Made by a program: the position numbers and the translations under genes. The notes below the pieces were generated by a model that worked only from the letters and a program-made list of their open reading frames with translations, was not told where the DNA came from and ran no database searches. Shown here one piece after another: positions 1 to 9,844 of a stretch of DNA of 64,000 nucleotides; positions within the stretch are counted from its first letter, which is position 1; each line of letters begins with the position of its first letter. The stretch is from Eledone cirrhosa (lineage: Eukaryota), in contig OZ024745.1 in assembly GCA_964016885.1 (NCBI GenBank), forward strand, positions 64,232,001-64,296,000, read 5' to 3'.

Positions 1-620
1 ATGAGAGTATTATTTACGAGAACTGGTTATGATGATATTGCTTTCAGTGAACCATTTAGGTCTACTTTATTTTATTTTGTTTTATCTATGTAGTTATCAT
101 CCTTGTTTATTTTTTATCTTAGATTTATTTTATTATGTAATTTCTGTTTTATATTTTCCTGCCTATGTTGTTTTATTCCCATCCTCTACTCTACTCTGGA
201 AATTATTTTGTTAGTTGCTGGCGTTAAACCAGCCTCGATTTTACACAAATTACTATAAAATCTCTTTGGGTTATAAATGGATTGTTTATTTTGTACATAA
301 AATAAAACATGGCTTCTTTCTATCATATAACGGCAGATCCTTTGTGAATTTCAAAGATACTTTAACTGTAGGCGTTCTTTAACACCCGAGATTTCTTTTG
401 TTATATTTGTAGCAACTGTTTCTCTTTTCTCTTCTTCTGGTGTGTATTTTTAATAGTGATTTCATGAAAGTTTGATCGATCTTTTTTTTCCTATTGTACT
501 GAGTATGCTATTTCCAGAAGATAGGAGTGTTTTGAGGTCATATCCGTTTTACTTTGTGTTAACTTCGGCTGCTGCATAAATAAGTTACTTTATAATGGAG
601 ATATTGATGTAAATATCTGT
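1..620 (-). mobile_element. Degenerate non-LTR retrotransposon remnant, probably R4/Dong clade (pre-RT region and start of RT)
   Basis: Hand translation of the minus strand gives, in the expected order, LIYAAAEV (~560-585), QRICRY (~327-344), YVQNKQSIYNPKRFYSNL (~246-299) and RPKWFTESNIII (~28-63). These resemble R4/Dong motifs LIYAAA / RIRRY..QN.LF..N.K.FY..L / P.WLT.G.T.LI. Many stops and frameshifts. Confidence 0.5.
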
Positions 621-984
621 TGCCAGAATGACTATCACAGCTTAGCTAGTGTTTCAAATTCTTGGTCATATGATTTCATTATATTTCTATATATGTGGCG
701 AGGAAGATATGTCTTCAGCAATGCCACCATTAATGTTATTACTTCAATTTTAAAAATTATTCTCCCTTAAATTTTCCCTTACATATTTTGTCTAATATTG
801 TTTTATTTTTTCTAGTATCTTTTTTAATATGTCAGGCTGCGATCATTATTGTCACATTGTTGCTGCATATCTATTAGTTTTGTTTTCAATAACTATTTTA
901 ACGCTTTTTCTGTTTGTTTCGTTCTTTTGTTTCATTGTTATATTCATCAAATCCCATCCTCCTACTACATTAATAAAAGAAGAA

Positions 985-1048
985 CATTTGATGATCAAGT
1001 CTTGTATATGTTTCTGAGCTGGGGATAAACAATAAAAACAACAAAACC
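985..1048 (+). mobile_element. 3' tail fragment of a SINE (family ending CTGGGGCTAAACAACAAC)
   Basis: tgatcaagtc...gagctggggataaacaataaaaacaacaaaac resembles the tail at 2893-2952 (tgatcacatg...acctggggctaaacaacaacaaaaac). Confidence 0.4.
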
Positions 1049-1634
1049 TAAAATCTATCTCCTAAAAGCTATCTCCAGTCTTTAATTTCTGTTTGCTGTA
1101 CACATACTACACGAACTACGTTTCGAACAATATCCCCAATTCCCTAAGCATCTGCTCATAATCGTCAATGAACATGTGGTAGTTTGCCTTGAAAAACATA
1201 GCAGCTAAATAGTTACCAGATGACAATCTATCGTCTGAAAAAGAAAATAATATATGTATCTATAATAATGTAGCCTTGGATACCTGAAACAAAAACGGTA
1301 TGTTCACAATTTGAACGAATTTGATTCAATGTCTACTAAATAAGGCTGAACTAGAAAAATAGCAAGAGCAACATCAATTAAATAAATAAGAATATTTTCA
1401 TAAACTTCTAAAGTTATCATGGACAACTTGCGGCACATTTGGCTTCCTGAAGGGCACGCTTAATTTCAAAATTGCCTTGAATTTTTTAGTAATGCTGTTC
1501 GCTTTACGATGAACTATATCCTATGCGGCCCACTGCTCGAAAATGTTTGCCCATGCCTGTTCTAAACGTTCAGTAGAAACCCTGTGCCTGATCAAGTTGT
1601 TTGATCTGCTAGAATTGACTGCCGAATCACCCGC

Positions 1635-2040
1635 ATTAGACATTTCCTTTCATCGGGACTTGTCAGAAGCAACCGTCTCCAAACTGTTCTGGCTGAATCT
1701 CCAAGCTAAACCAGCCAAGCTCTTGGATGTTATTTAACTATCTTGCTTGGGGTTTAGTCCTGGGTCTTCTGCCGCCTGGTTTTGCCCGCAAAATCTCTCC
1801 ACCGATTCCTTCCTGAGTCATTCTAATCACATGCCCATAGTATCGGAGCTATGATCTCTCAAATCGGAGAAGTAGTGGCTCTACCTAGAGAGACACACTC
1901 TAGTGGATAGCGTTACTTCAGAGACCCTTCGGAGGAAATCCGTTCCGGCTGCTTGTATTCGCGATTGTATTCTTTCGGTTATTACCCAATAGGGAAGGGT
2001 TGACACGAATACCGAATTGAAGATAGTGAGTTTGGCGTTT
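1635..2040 (-). mobile_element. RTE-clade LINE 3' end (Expander/Rex3-like), decayed RT C-terminus
   Basis: Minus strand reads AKLTIFNSVFVSTLPY-WVITERIQSRIQAAGTDFLRRVSEVTL. After a frameshift/deletion it reads VEPLLLRFERS*LRYYGHVIRMTQEGIGGEILRAKPGGRRPRTKPQAR*LNNIQELGW. This matches the RTE signature LRWxGHxxRM...GxRxRGRP. In-frame stops present. Confidence 0.9.
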
Positions 2041-2096
2041 ACATTGTTAAACAAGCAAAATAAAAAAAAACACTCCACCAACACTGTAAAATTGCC

Positions 2097-2262
2097 AGAT
2101 GGTGAAATGTCGGAAATGTTTGAATGTCGGATGAAATATCCTATGGCATTTATACCGGCCCTTTGCGTTCTGAATTCACATCCTACCGAGATCAACTTTG
2201 CCTTTCCATCTTTCGGGATTGATAAATAAAATACAAATTTAGTGCGGTGGACTGACGTGGTC
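2097..2262 (+). mobile_element. tRNA-derived SINE, diverged copy
   Basis: B-box-like gttctgaattcacatcc followed by gagatcaactttgcctttccatctttcgggattgataaataaaatac. It aligns by eye to the inverted copy at 3365-3530. Confidence 0.65.
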
Positions 2263-2530
2263 TTCTGTGTGGCGGAGGGAATACTTTTAGTCTCTTCGAA
2301 CTCTAGGCAGAAATCTCACAGTCGCTTATTTGGGTGGTAGACTTCATCGGTCACCCAGTTTAACACCACCAACTACCACTTGAGTACTTTTAGAAAAGCT
2401 CACTCTTGTGCCAGCATTCGAGGCAGGTCCCCGATTTGAGATAGCACTCCTTCCTCTCCCCAATTAGTCATGAAGTCCCTTGGAAAAATATCAGGATCAT
2501 TCCTCTTCCTTCTGAATAAGCGATGAAATA
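2263..2530. repeat. Unclassified GC-richer segment, probably an interspersed repeat fragment
   Basis: Abrupt rise in GC between repeat remnants. No clean ORF, and the family is not identified. Confidence 0.25.
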
Positions 2531-2729
2531 TTTGATTAAAATCTAAAAACTTGTGCAACTTAACAAAAGCACTGACTGTAGTATAGCTTCACTACCAAAC
2601 AAGATCCCAAATGGATTCATTCTTGATATAACCAAATCATATATTTCCTTTCCCAAAGGACACTATGAACTCAAATAAGTTCATACCACTACCACAATAC
2701 TCATAGAACTTACACCAAGAACAATATAC

Positions 2730-2952
2730 ATGAAGAAATTATCACTACCTGCTCGCTCGATCTGATGGAAAGGGAAACCTAAAATATCACTCAAACCACT
2801 CATAACGTCTTTAAAAGGGACGCATTGCATGCGTCCCTTTATAAAAAAAGGCACCCAAAAAGAAAAGAAAAATGATGAACTGGAATGCCTTTTGATCACA
2901 TGTTTGCTCGATCAGAGTTAACCTGGGGCTAAACAACAACAAAAACAAAAAC
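2730..2952 (+). mobile_element. SINE 3' half ending in a (CAA)n-like tail
   Basis: ...ctggaatgccttttgatcacatgtttgctcgatcagagttaacctggggctaaacaacaacaaaaac. Related segments occur at 985-1048 and 5200-5405. Confidence 0.55.
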
Positions 2953-3364
2953 ATTGAAATGCCATTTTAATGTACTTGTCATTTAGATTTGCCATTTACG
3001 TCAGAAATGTTTTCCATTATTCATAGTTTGAAATTAAATTAAAATTGAACTTTATAGCAAGAAGGTAAATTTAATAACTCTTTCAGAAACTATCGAAGAA
3101 ACTGTGTAAACCAAAGCTTTGTTTATTTCAAAGTTAGGGATCGAAGGTCAGTGACTATAACACTTTTTATAATCAATTTTCGGGGCCTCCGAAACGGCTC
3201 GGAGGAATGAAGATTTTCTGAAACTGGAGGCCTCACCTGAATGCTTTCAACTAAGTTACCTCTGCTAAAGGCTCACAAAGACCAGGTAGCTATGTTATAC
3301 CGAGCGACGGAATAAGTCTACAACCGAAAATCTCAGAGCACAAAGAGCCGACAAAAATTCGTCA

Positions 3365-3530
3365 AGACATCATCTCCGATACTACCTCGACTGATACGTT
3401 ATTTTATTGAGACCAAAAATTGAAAGTAAAGATAACCTCAGTCAGATTTGAACTCAGAAAGTAGATAATTGAAACAAATACTGTCATCATTTTATTCTAG
3501 GTGTTAAGCATTTTGCTTAGTTGTCGCCTT
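3365..3530 (-). mobile_element. tRNA-derived SINE, diverged copy (same family as 2097-2262)
   Basis: Minus strand starts aaggcgacaactaagc and contains ttctgagttcaaatctgactgaggttatctttactttc (B box GAGTTCAAATC), then aataaaataacgtatcag. Confidence 0.65.
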
Positions 3531-3624
3531 TTGTGACTAATCCCATAATACAACTATACCGTCATACCTTCAGCCACTGGGATTCAACAGAGCGATCTTT
3601 TGGGTTCCCTCTTCTTTGATCGTC

Positions 3625-3680
3625 ACCACTATTACTACCACCACAATCACCATCACCAGCACTACCACAATCACTACACC
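3625..3680. repeat. Degenerate (CAC/TAC/CAT)n trinucleotide low-complexity tract
   Basis: caccactattactaccaccacaatcaccatcaccagcactaccacaatcactacacc. Confidence 0.7.
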
Positions 3681-4276
3681 GATCAGTTAACCATTGCAGA
3701 AAGTCGGTTCTATGAATTGGCATTGAAATATGATTACATGATAAATAATGCTTGTATATAATAGCTGTCACCAAACTGTAGCTTACAAATTCTCAGAAGC
3801 CGTTCCTTTTCAGCAGGGAAACTATTTATTCGTTAAGATACTGGACAGAACAATTTATCTTCATTGACAACCATCTGTTTACCAATCATATCAATGCTAG
3901 TAGTAAGAGGGGAGCTTCATAACATAGATATTATCATCATGGTGTGTTTCTGAGTGGGTGTGTGTATTTCTTTGTCTCTTTGTCTCTACTTCATTATCGT
4001 AGGCAAAGCTGAATGGTTTGTTCCAAACAACCGAGACTCCGGTTTCGATGGAACAAGATGGTATATTGGTGCTTTAATGATAGGACCGAGTCGTCTCGAA
4101 AGAAAAATTCGATAGACCGAATTTAAATATTCAAACATACTGTCACGCTGAGTTTATTTGAGGATTAGGTTCAGTATACACATAGAATCAGAGAGGAGTC
4201 TGTTCCGTCGGTCAAACAATTAGAACATTCACCATCAAAACCGATGGAGGATCAATATAGTTTAATAGCCTTAAAA

Positions 4277-4344
4277 ACATAAAAATACTCTTTTGATATC
4301 ATTGTATATATATATACAATGATATCAAAAGAGTATTTTTATGT
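4277..4344. repeat. Perfect 68-bp palindrome centred on (TA)6
   Basis: acataaaaatactcttttgatatcattg-(ta)6-caatgatatcaaaagagtatttttatgt, with no mismatches. Confidence 0.95.
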
Positions 4345-4502
4345 CAGTGTGTGTGTATAAACATGTGTAGTTACGTAAATGTGTATATAAGCATGTATGT
4401 GTATATATATATACATATATATGGTGATTGCTTCATTTTTGCGGATATATATATATATATATATAATATAAGATCAAAAGATGGTTAAAGGAGTTTCATG
4501 TA

Positions 4503-4569
4503 TTTTATTATGCGCATTTCAAAAACAAACATCATCATGCAATAATATTTGTGTTTTCATCAGATAAAA
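4503..4569 (-). ncRNA. Type I hammerhead ribozyme motif (inverted copy)
   Basis: Exact reverse complement of 4703-4769. Confidence 0.8.
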
Positions 4570-4702
4570 CAGGAGAACATGATATGAAGGCTAAAATACA
4601 CTTGTGGATAGTGCAGTTTTAAATCAACATATGATTTAAACATGTTGATTTAAAACTGCACTATCCACAAGTGTTTTTTAGCCTTCATATCATGTTCTCC
4701 TG

Positions 4703-4769
4703 TTTTATCTGATGAAAACACAAATATTATTGCATGATGATGTTTGTTTTTGAAATGCGCATAATAAAA
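4703..4769 (+). ncRNA. Type I hammerhead ribozyme motif (PLE-type, palindromic stem III)
   Basis: ttttat-CTGATGA-[aaacacaaatattatt gcat gatgatgtttgttttt]-GAAA-tgcgca-TA-ataaaa. Stem I is 6 bp, stem II is long, the core is intact, TGCGCA is palindromic and the cleavage triplet is AUA. Confidence 0.85.
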
Positions 4770-4895
4770 TACATGGAACTCCTTTAACCATCTTTTGATC
4801 TTATATTATGTATACTCCAGTCCTACAAACTGTAGAGTGCTTCTTATCCGATATCTGCATTGCTTTATTGTACTACAATAAAACTCACCTCCTAC

Positions 4896-4897
<2 letters not shown>

Positions 4898-4968
<71 letters not shown>

Positions 4969-5002
4969 ACATACATACATGCGCGCGCGTATTTGTGTGT
5001 GT
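4898..5002. repeat. (TA)n microsatellite followed by (TACA)n, (CG)n and (TG)n
   Basis: Directly visible. Confidence 0.95.
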
Positions 5003-5199
5003 GGAATCGTCATACTAGTTTCGACTAATTTAGTCTCACGAAGTTATTGACAAGACGAGTATTCCTTAGAAATGACATTGATTTTTCTGGCTTCCAAGTC
5101 CTCTTCGTTTTGTAATAATTTAAAACTAGTTGCAGGCGATGCATTATCTCTCTGATCTTACGAGAAGCTTTTCTAATATTGTTTCCCCTACATCTTATT

Positions 5200-5405
5200 A
5201 TCTCTACTAACGATGTCACGAGTTACGTGCTCGGCTGCTATGTGACTTCTTGACTTGCGAGAAAGGGCAGCCAAATCTTCTTAAGAAAAAAAGGAAACGA
5301 CATATTGACTAATCTAGTTTGCGGTATACAATGATTGAAAACATATGGATAGCCATGGTAGGACTGCTTTTAATTAGAAGACCGCCAGATTAAAAGCTGA
5401 CCTCC
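5200..5405 (+). mobile_element. Diverged SINE fragment (same family as 2730-2952)
   Basis: ttgacttgcgagaaagggcagccaaatcttc...aaaaaaaggaaacgacatattg...ccatggtaggactgctttt...aaagctgacct is colinear with 2755-2925. Confidence 0.45.
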
Positions 5406-6871
5406 GTCAGAACGGGAAGCTCTATTAGTGGTATATTTGCTATAACAGTAGTTTCTATGTAACTGTCTTTCTCACTGAGTTGGTTTTTGTTGTTGATCTG
5501 GTAATTTTTTCGGATGTTGAATTTGTAATCGTTTGTAATTCTCCCTACTGCTGCACATTATAATTTTCATGTTCTTGATGTTATTATTTTCCCCACACAC
5601 ACATGTGTAATAGCAGTAGACATCACATAGTGGGATTCAGAATAAAGGCGTATACAGTAACATTTACAATATTTATGGGCGAGATAGGCCATCCTGCTCG
5701 TTACCTCGTCCCACTTTTTATCCATCTAGAGGTCTGGACCAAACCACCTAGAAAGATTGCCAGGCTCATGAAGAAATCAGGTCGTTCTGCTCCTGTCAGG
5801 TAATTTTCGACCGACCACCAGCCTGAAAGCATTTCCCAATGGTATTTGGTCTGTTGGTAATCGTGTAAAAACCTTAAAAAATCTACCTTTAAAAATCTAC
5901 TAAGGCAAGTGCCTACAACCAGTTGCATTCCTCTAAACTACAGGTGCATACTCGGAGAAATCCATTTACTGGAAGCATGTTCACTAGTCTCATTCACCTT
6001 TCAACAAATCTCCTGGAATGCAACACCTTCCTCTCCACCATCAATTTACTTTTCAACTTAAACGTGAAACAGTCTATGGGAGCATGGTAAAAGAAGAACG
6101 TTTCTGCCTTCAACCATTTCAATGTCGTCCATCACACAACGATGATCTCCATACAGATAAAATTCATCTCCTACACGTGTTAGTGACTATTCAACTTTCT
6201 TTGGGCTCTATTTATTTATTGATTTTAGTTTTTAGTTGGGCACGGGTGTCTTTTGAATTCTCTTAAGTTTGCAATTATCTTGGAGTTTGTTGTATATTTT
6301 TTTATGTATTTCTCTTTATCCACGAAAAAGAAATGAGTGTTCTTGTCACTTTTACGAATTGTAATCGATATATTATTAGTTTTCCTCAACAAAGTAGTTG
6401 CGTATTACATAGCAAAATTTGTATATCAGTTACATTAACCACGTATGTACACCAGGGAGCAATCGCAACACAGTTCCTCGCCAAATTAGAGACAACTACA
6501 TTAGTCGGTAACACTACAATTCCATACAGAATTCCACAGATAAAGAAGGCAAAAATTATGGAGAATCTACTGACAAGAGTATATTAAACAAACATTAGCA
6601 CATAGACAGTATACGTGAAACCAATTATAATAAATACCGTACCTCAATAGTTGAGAAGTTTTAAATGAAGTGTCTACGAACATTGGACAACAGGCCACTA
6701 TTATGGCCATCCTGGTTTGGAAGATGGAATCGAGAAGACTTCAAAACGTTAATATACATGAGTTTGGGGAGGCTAAAATTTTGAACTAGGCATAAAGAAC
6801 TAAGGAAATATGCAAATATTCTTAATAAAAATAAGCAAAATGGAACATAGTGTGTTTTCAATATAACTCGC

Positions 6872-6947
6872 CACACACACACACACACTAACATATGTAT
6901 TCATCTATATCTGTATATGCGTCTGTTTGTTTGTCTGTATGTCTGTA

Positions 6948-6990
<43 letters not shown>

Positions 6991-7066
6991 ATGTATATAT
7001 ATATGTATATATATATGTGTATATGTATGTATGCATGAATGTATGCATGTGTGTGTGAGAGAGAGT
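6872..7066. repeat. Compound microsatellite (CA)n/(GTCT)n/(TA)n/(GTAT)n/(GA)n
   Basis: Directly visible. It explains the ORFs at 6901-7129. Confidence 0.95.
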
Positions 7067-7968
7067 GGCTCTGAATTGGGGAATTTTGTAACTTTTACTT
7101 GGTACATTTGAATTACAGAAAAGAAACAAAAAATGCTTTCCTGTTCATTTGAATTGATTACTGATTCAAGCTAATGTACTTGCTGTATTTTTTCTTGCTT
7201 TGTATTTACTTTTGAAAATGTGAATTTCACTCTTTCATTAATGTAATATCAAATGTTTACTCCGAATGAATATTTATGATTTCCTCATCGGCATCTATAC
7301 TTGAATTAATCGTTAAATAAGTTATTTATTTTATTAAGACAGAACTAACGAACAAATATATCAGCAGTACATTTTCCAATATTTAAGATATGGCTTTACA
7401 GTGTCACTTCAGAAAACCAATATCAATGTGTCTGATTTGTCAAAAAAGTTTTCTCCAGTGAATCTATGCAACATTCAAGATTATAAAGACACTTGTAAAA
7501 ACCTATGCTGATAAGATTTATTTTATTTTAAAGTACTTTGAGATTCCTTATGCAAACGGTCGAAGCTGTCAAATACTTTTTCATCTGCGTGAGTGCAATA
7601 AATGAGGGGTTACAAAATCCTTACAAAACTTCATTACTGGCTACCAGATCTAGAAAGCACGTAATTGATTTTATTGGCCGTTAGTGAGGATTGATATAAT
7701 AAGAAGAGCAGTACTCCAGCAATCTCAGATTAATGAAATAGGTAAGAATATAGACACATTATTCAATATTTTGAGGGCTGCCTTATTTTTGAACCATTCA
7801 ATTTCTGGACCATTCAATTTTACCAGGGAGACCACTAATCATAGAATACACAATGCAAGGGGAGATGCAGAGTAGGAATAGAGATAGGCAATATCCTGAC
7901 CGCGGCGACAAGCGGTTCGGGCTTGTATGTTCACACAAATCGTTTTGCACCGCTGTCGGGATTTTAAA

Positions 7969-8135
7969 TCTCTCTCTCATTATACCTCTCTCCCCCTCTC
8001 TCTCTGTCTCTCTCTGTATATATATATACACACGCGCGCGTGCATATATATATATATATATATACATATATATGTGTGTGTGTATATATATATATATATA
8101 AATAAAAAATATATATATACATATATATATATATA
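7969..8135. repeat. Compound microsatellite (CT)n/(TA)n/(CG)n/(TG)n
   Basis: Directly visible. Confidence 0.95.
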
Positions 8136-8214
8136 GTCGATCGACTTCCGTCAAATCGGACCGAGAAAACAATGTTTCCATTAGTCTTTCTAATTGCTAA
8201 TACTCTCTATCGGT

Positions 8215-8350
8215 AGCAACTCCAGGTAGAAGGAGCAAGGTGAAATAAAGTGTCTTGTCCAAGGACATAACGCATCGCCCGTCCTGGAATCGAACTCACA
8301 ACCTCACGATTGCGAATCAAATTCTCTAACCACCCAGCCACGTACCTTCA
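8215..8350 (-). mobile_element. tRNA-derived SINE 5' head with CORE-like central domain
   Basis: Minus strand: tgaaggtacGTGGCTGGGTGGTtagag (A box)...GAGTTCGATTCC (B box)...tgtccttggacaagacactttatttcaccttgctc, resembling the CORE-SINE ccttgggcaag.cactt motif. Confidence 0.8.
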
Positions 8351-8391
8351 TATATATATATAAATAAATATATATAAATATATATATAAAA

Positions 8392-8462
<71 letters not shown>

Positions 8463-8481
8463 TATATATATATAAATATAT
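8350..8481. repeat. (TA)n/(TAAA) microsatellite
   Basis: Directly visible. Confidence 0.95.
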
Positions 8482-8945
8482 AGAAGGATTTAAATGGATA
8501 CAGTTTTCAGTTAAAAGGAATTTATTGACACGTGTTTCAATAACAGTTACATAACCTGAAAACAGCTGCTATCTACAAAGTATTAATTATGCAGAAACTC
8601 AATATTTCAATGTTATTATCAACTGTCATTTCATCAGAATAATTTTATTGAGAACCTGTTTGGTTTTTATAGAGAATATTAAGAGGGAGGGGTGAAGTTT
8701 TTAGAAGAATAGTTAAGGGAGTGGATAGAGATTTTTTTGATAGCAGTGAGAATTTTTGGTAGCAGTGAGTAATTAGATTCCCATCTGTTGTTTTGACATT
8801 TTTATAGAATACATTATTTGGCGTTGGTTATTTTTCTAAATCTATAGAAGGATTAGAGATAGTAAAGATATGCATGGTTGGTTTTGTGTTTGCACTTAAT
8901 TAACATACAGACTTAAATTTTTCTTTCAAGTGTACGTATCCGTTC
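8482..8945 (-). mobile_element. Penelope-like element 3' terminal fragment (second family)
   Basis: Contains a canonical hammerhead (8522-8642) about 40 bp from a 3' end abutting (TA)n. The 5' boundary is uncertain. Confidence 0.6.
8522..8642 (-). ncRNA. Type I hammerhead ribozyme motif with extended loop II
   Basis: Minus strand: ttatt-CTGATGA-aatgacagtt-(~72 nt)-aactgttatt-GAAA-cacgtg-TC-aataa. Core intact, 10-bp stem II, palindromic CACGTG stem III, GUC triplet. Confidence 0.85.
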
Positions 8946-8949
8946 GCCC

Positions 8950-9375
<426 letters not shown>

Positions 9376-9577
9376 TTATACTTGGGGAGGGTCATATTTG
9401 TGTAATATTGCCAGAATTAATAACAGAACACACTCACTGTTTGGTTGGTTTTCGCTTCTCGCTTCTGTGTCTTTTATATCGGTAATCTAACTTACTCGGT
9501 CCTCAATGTTGCCATTGACTGACCGACGGTCAAAAATAATACAGATACAATATAAACACAAACACATATATATAGTT

Positions 9578-9621
9578 TATCATAAATCTTTCGTTGCACA
9601 TCTGCAACATCGTCAGTGGTG
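9578..9621 (-). ncRNA. Minimal type I hammerhead motif in the PLE 3' UTR (partly decayed)
   Basis: Minus strand: cacca-CTGACGA-t-gttgca gatg tgcaac-GAAA-gatt-TA-tgata. Core and 6-bp stem II are intact. Stem I is mismatched and loop III is GATT rather than palindromic GATC. Confidence 0.7.
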
Positions 9622-9844
9622 TTATATCTTCCTCCTGTTGTATTGTATGTCTACGCCATTTTTATTCAGTCTGTCTATATATTTATTTATTTATTTGCTT
9701 GTTTGTTTATTTTATTTTGTCTTCTTTGCGCATGTGTTTGCGTGTGTGCATAGTGTTTTGTTGACTAGTGTGTGTTTATGTGCTTGTTGTTATTGTGCTT
9801 GTGTATGTGTTTATTTATTTATTTATTTTATTTTATTTACTTAT

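Larger units (their letters stand above)
4463..4897 (+). mobile_element. Penelope-like element terminal (pLTR) fragment with inverted 5' duplication, embedded in (TA)n
   Basis: 168-bp inverted arms (4463-4630 / 4642-4809, 2 mismatches, 11-bp spacer) containing a hammerhead motif. An unpaired ~88-bp 3' extension follows, and (TA)n lies on both flanks. Inverted pLTR plus tail and hammerheads are known PLE features. No coding sequence remains to confirm. Confidence 0.7.

Noticed and set aside
752-790. Possible ancestral satellite monomer (aaaattattctcccttaaattttcccttaca)
   Set aside because: The match is short and low-complexity, expected by chance in AT-rich DNA.
2325-2365. Hammerhead-like CCGATGA on the minus strand
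   Set aside because: The core is not CUGAnGA, and no stem II/GAAA/stem III arrangement could be built.
5600-6200. Possible decayed LINE or host exons (short ORFs 5603, 5701, 6018; SWNA-like motif near 6010)
   Set aside because: No convincing colinear motifs could be reconstructed by eye. BLASTx is needed.
8270-8350. tRNA gene
   Set aside because: A and B boxes are present, but there is no acceptor stem and it continues into a CORE-like SINE body.
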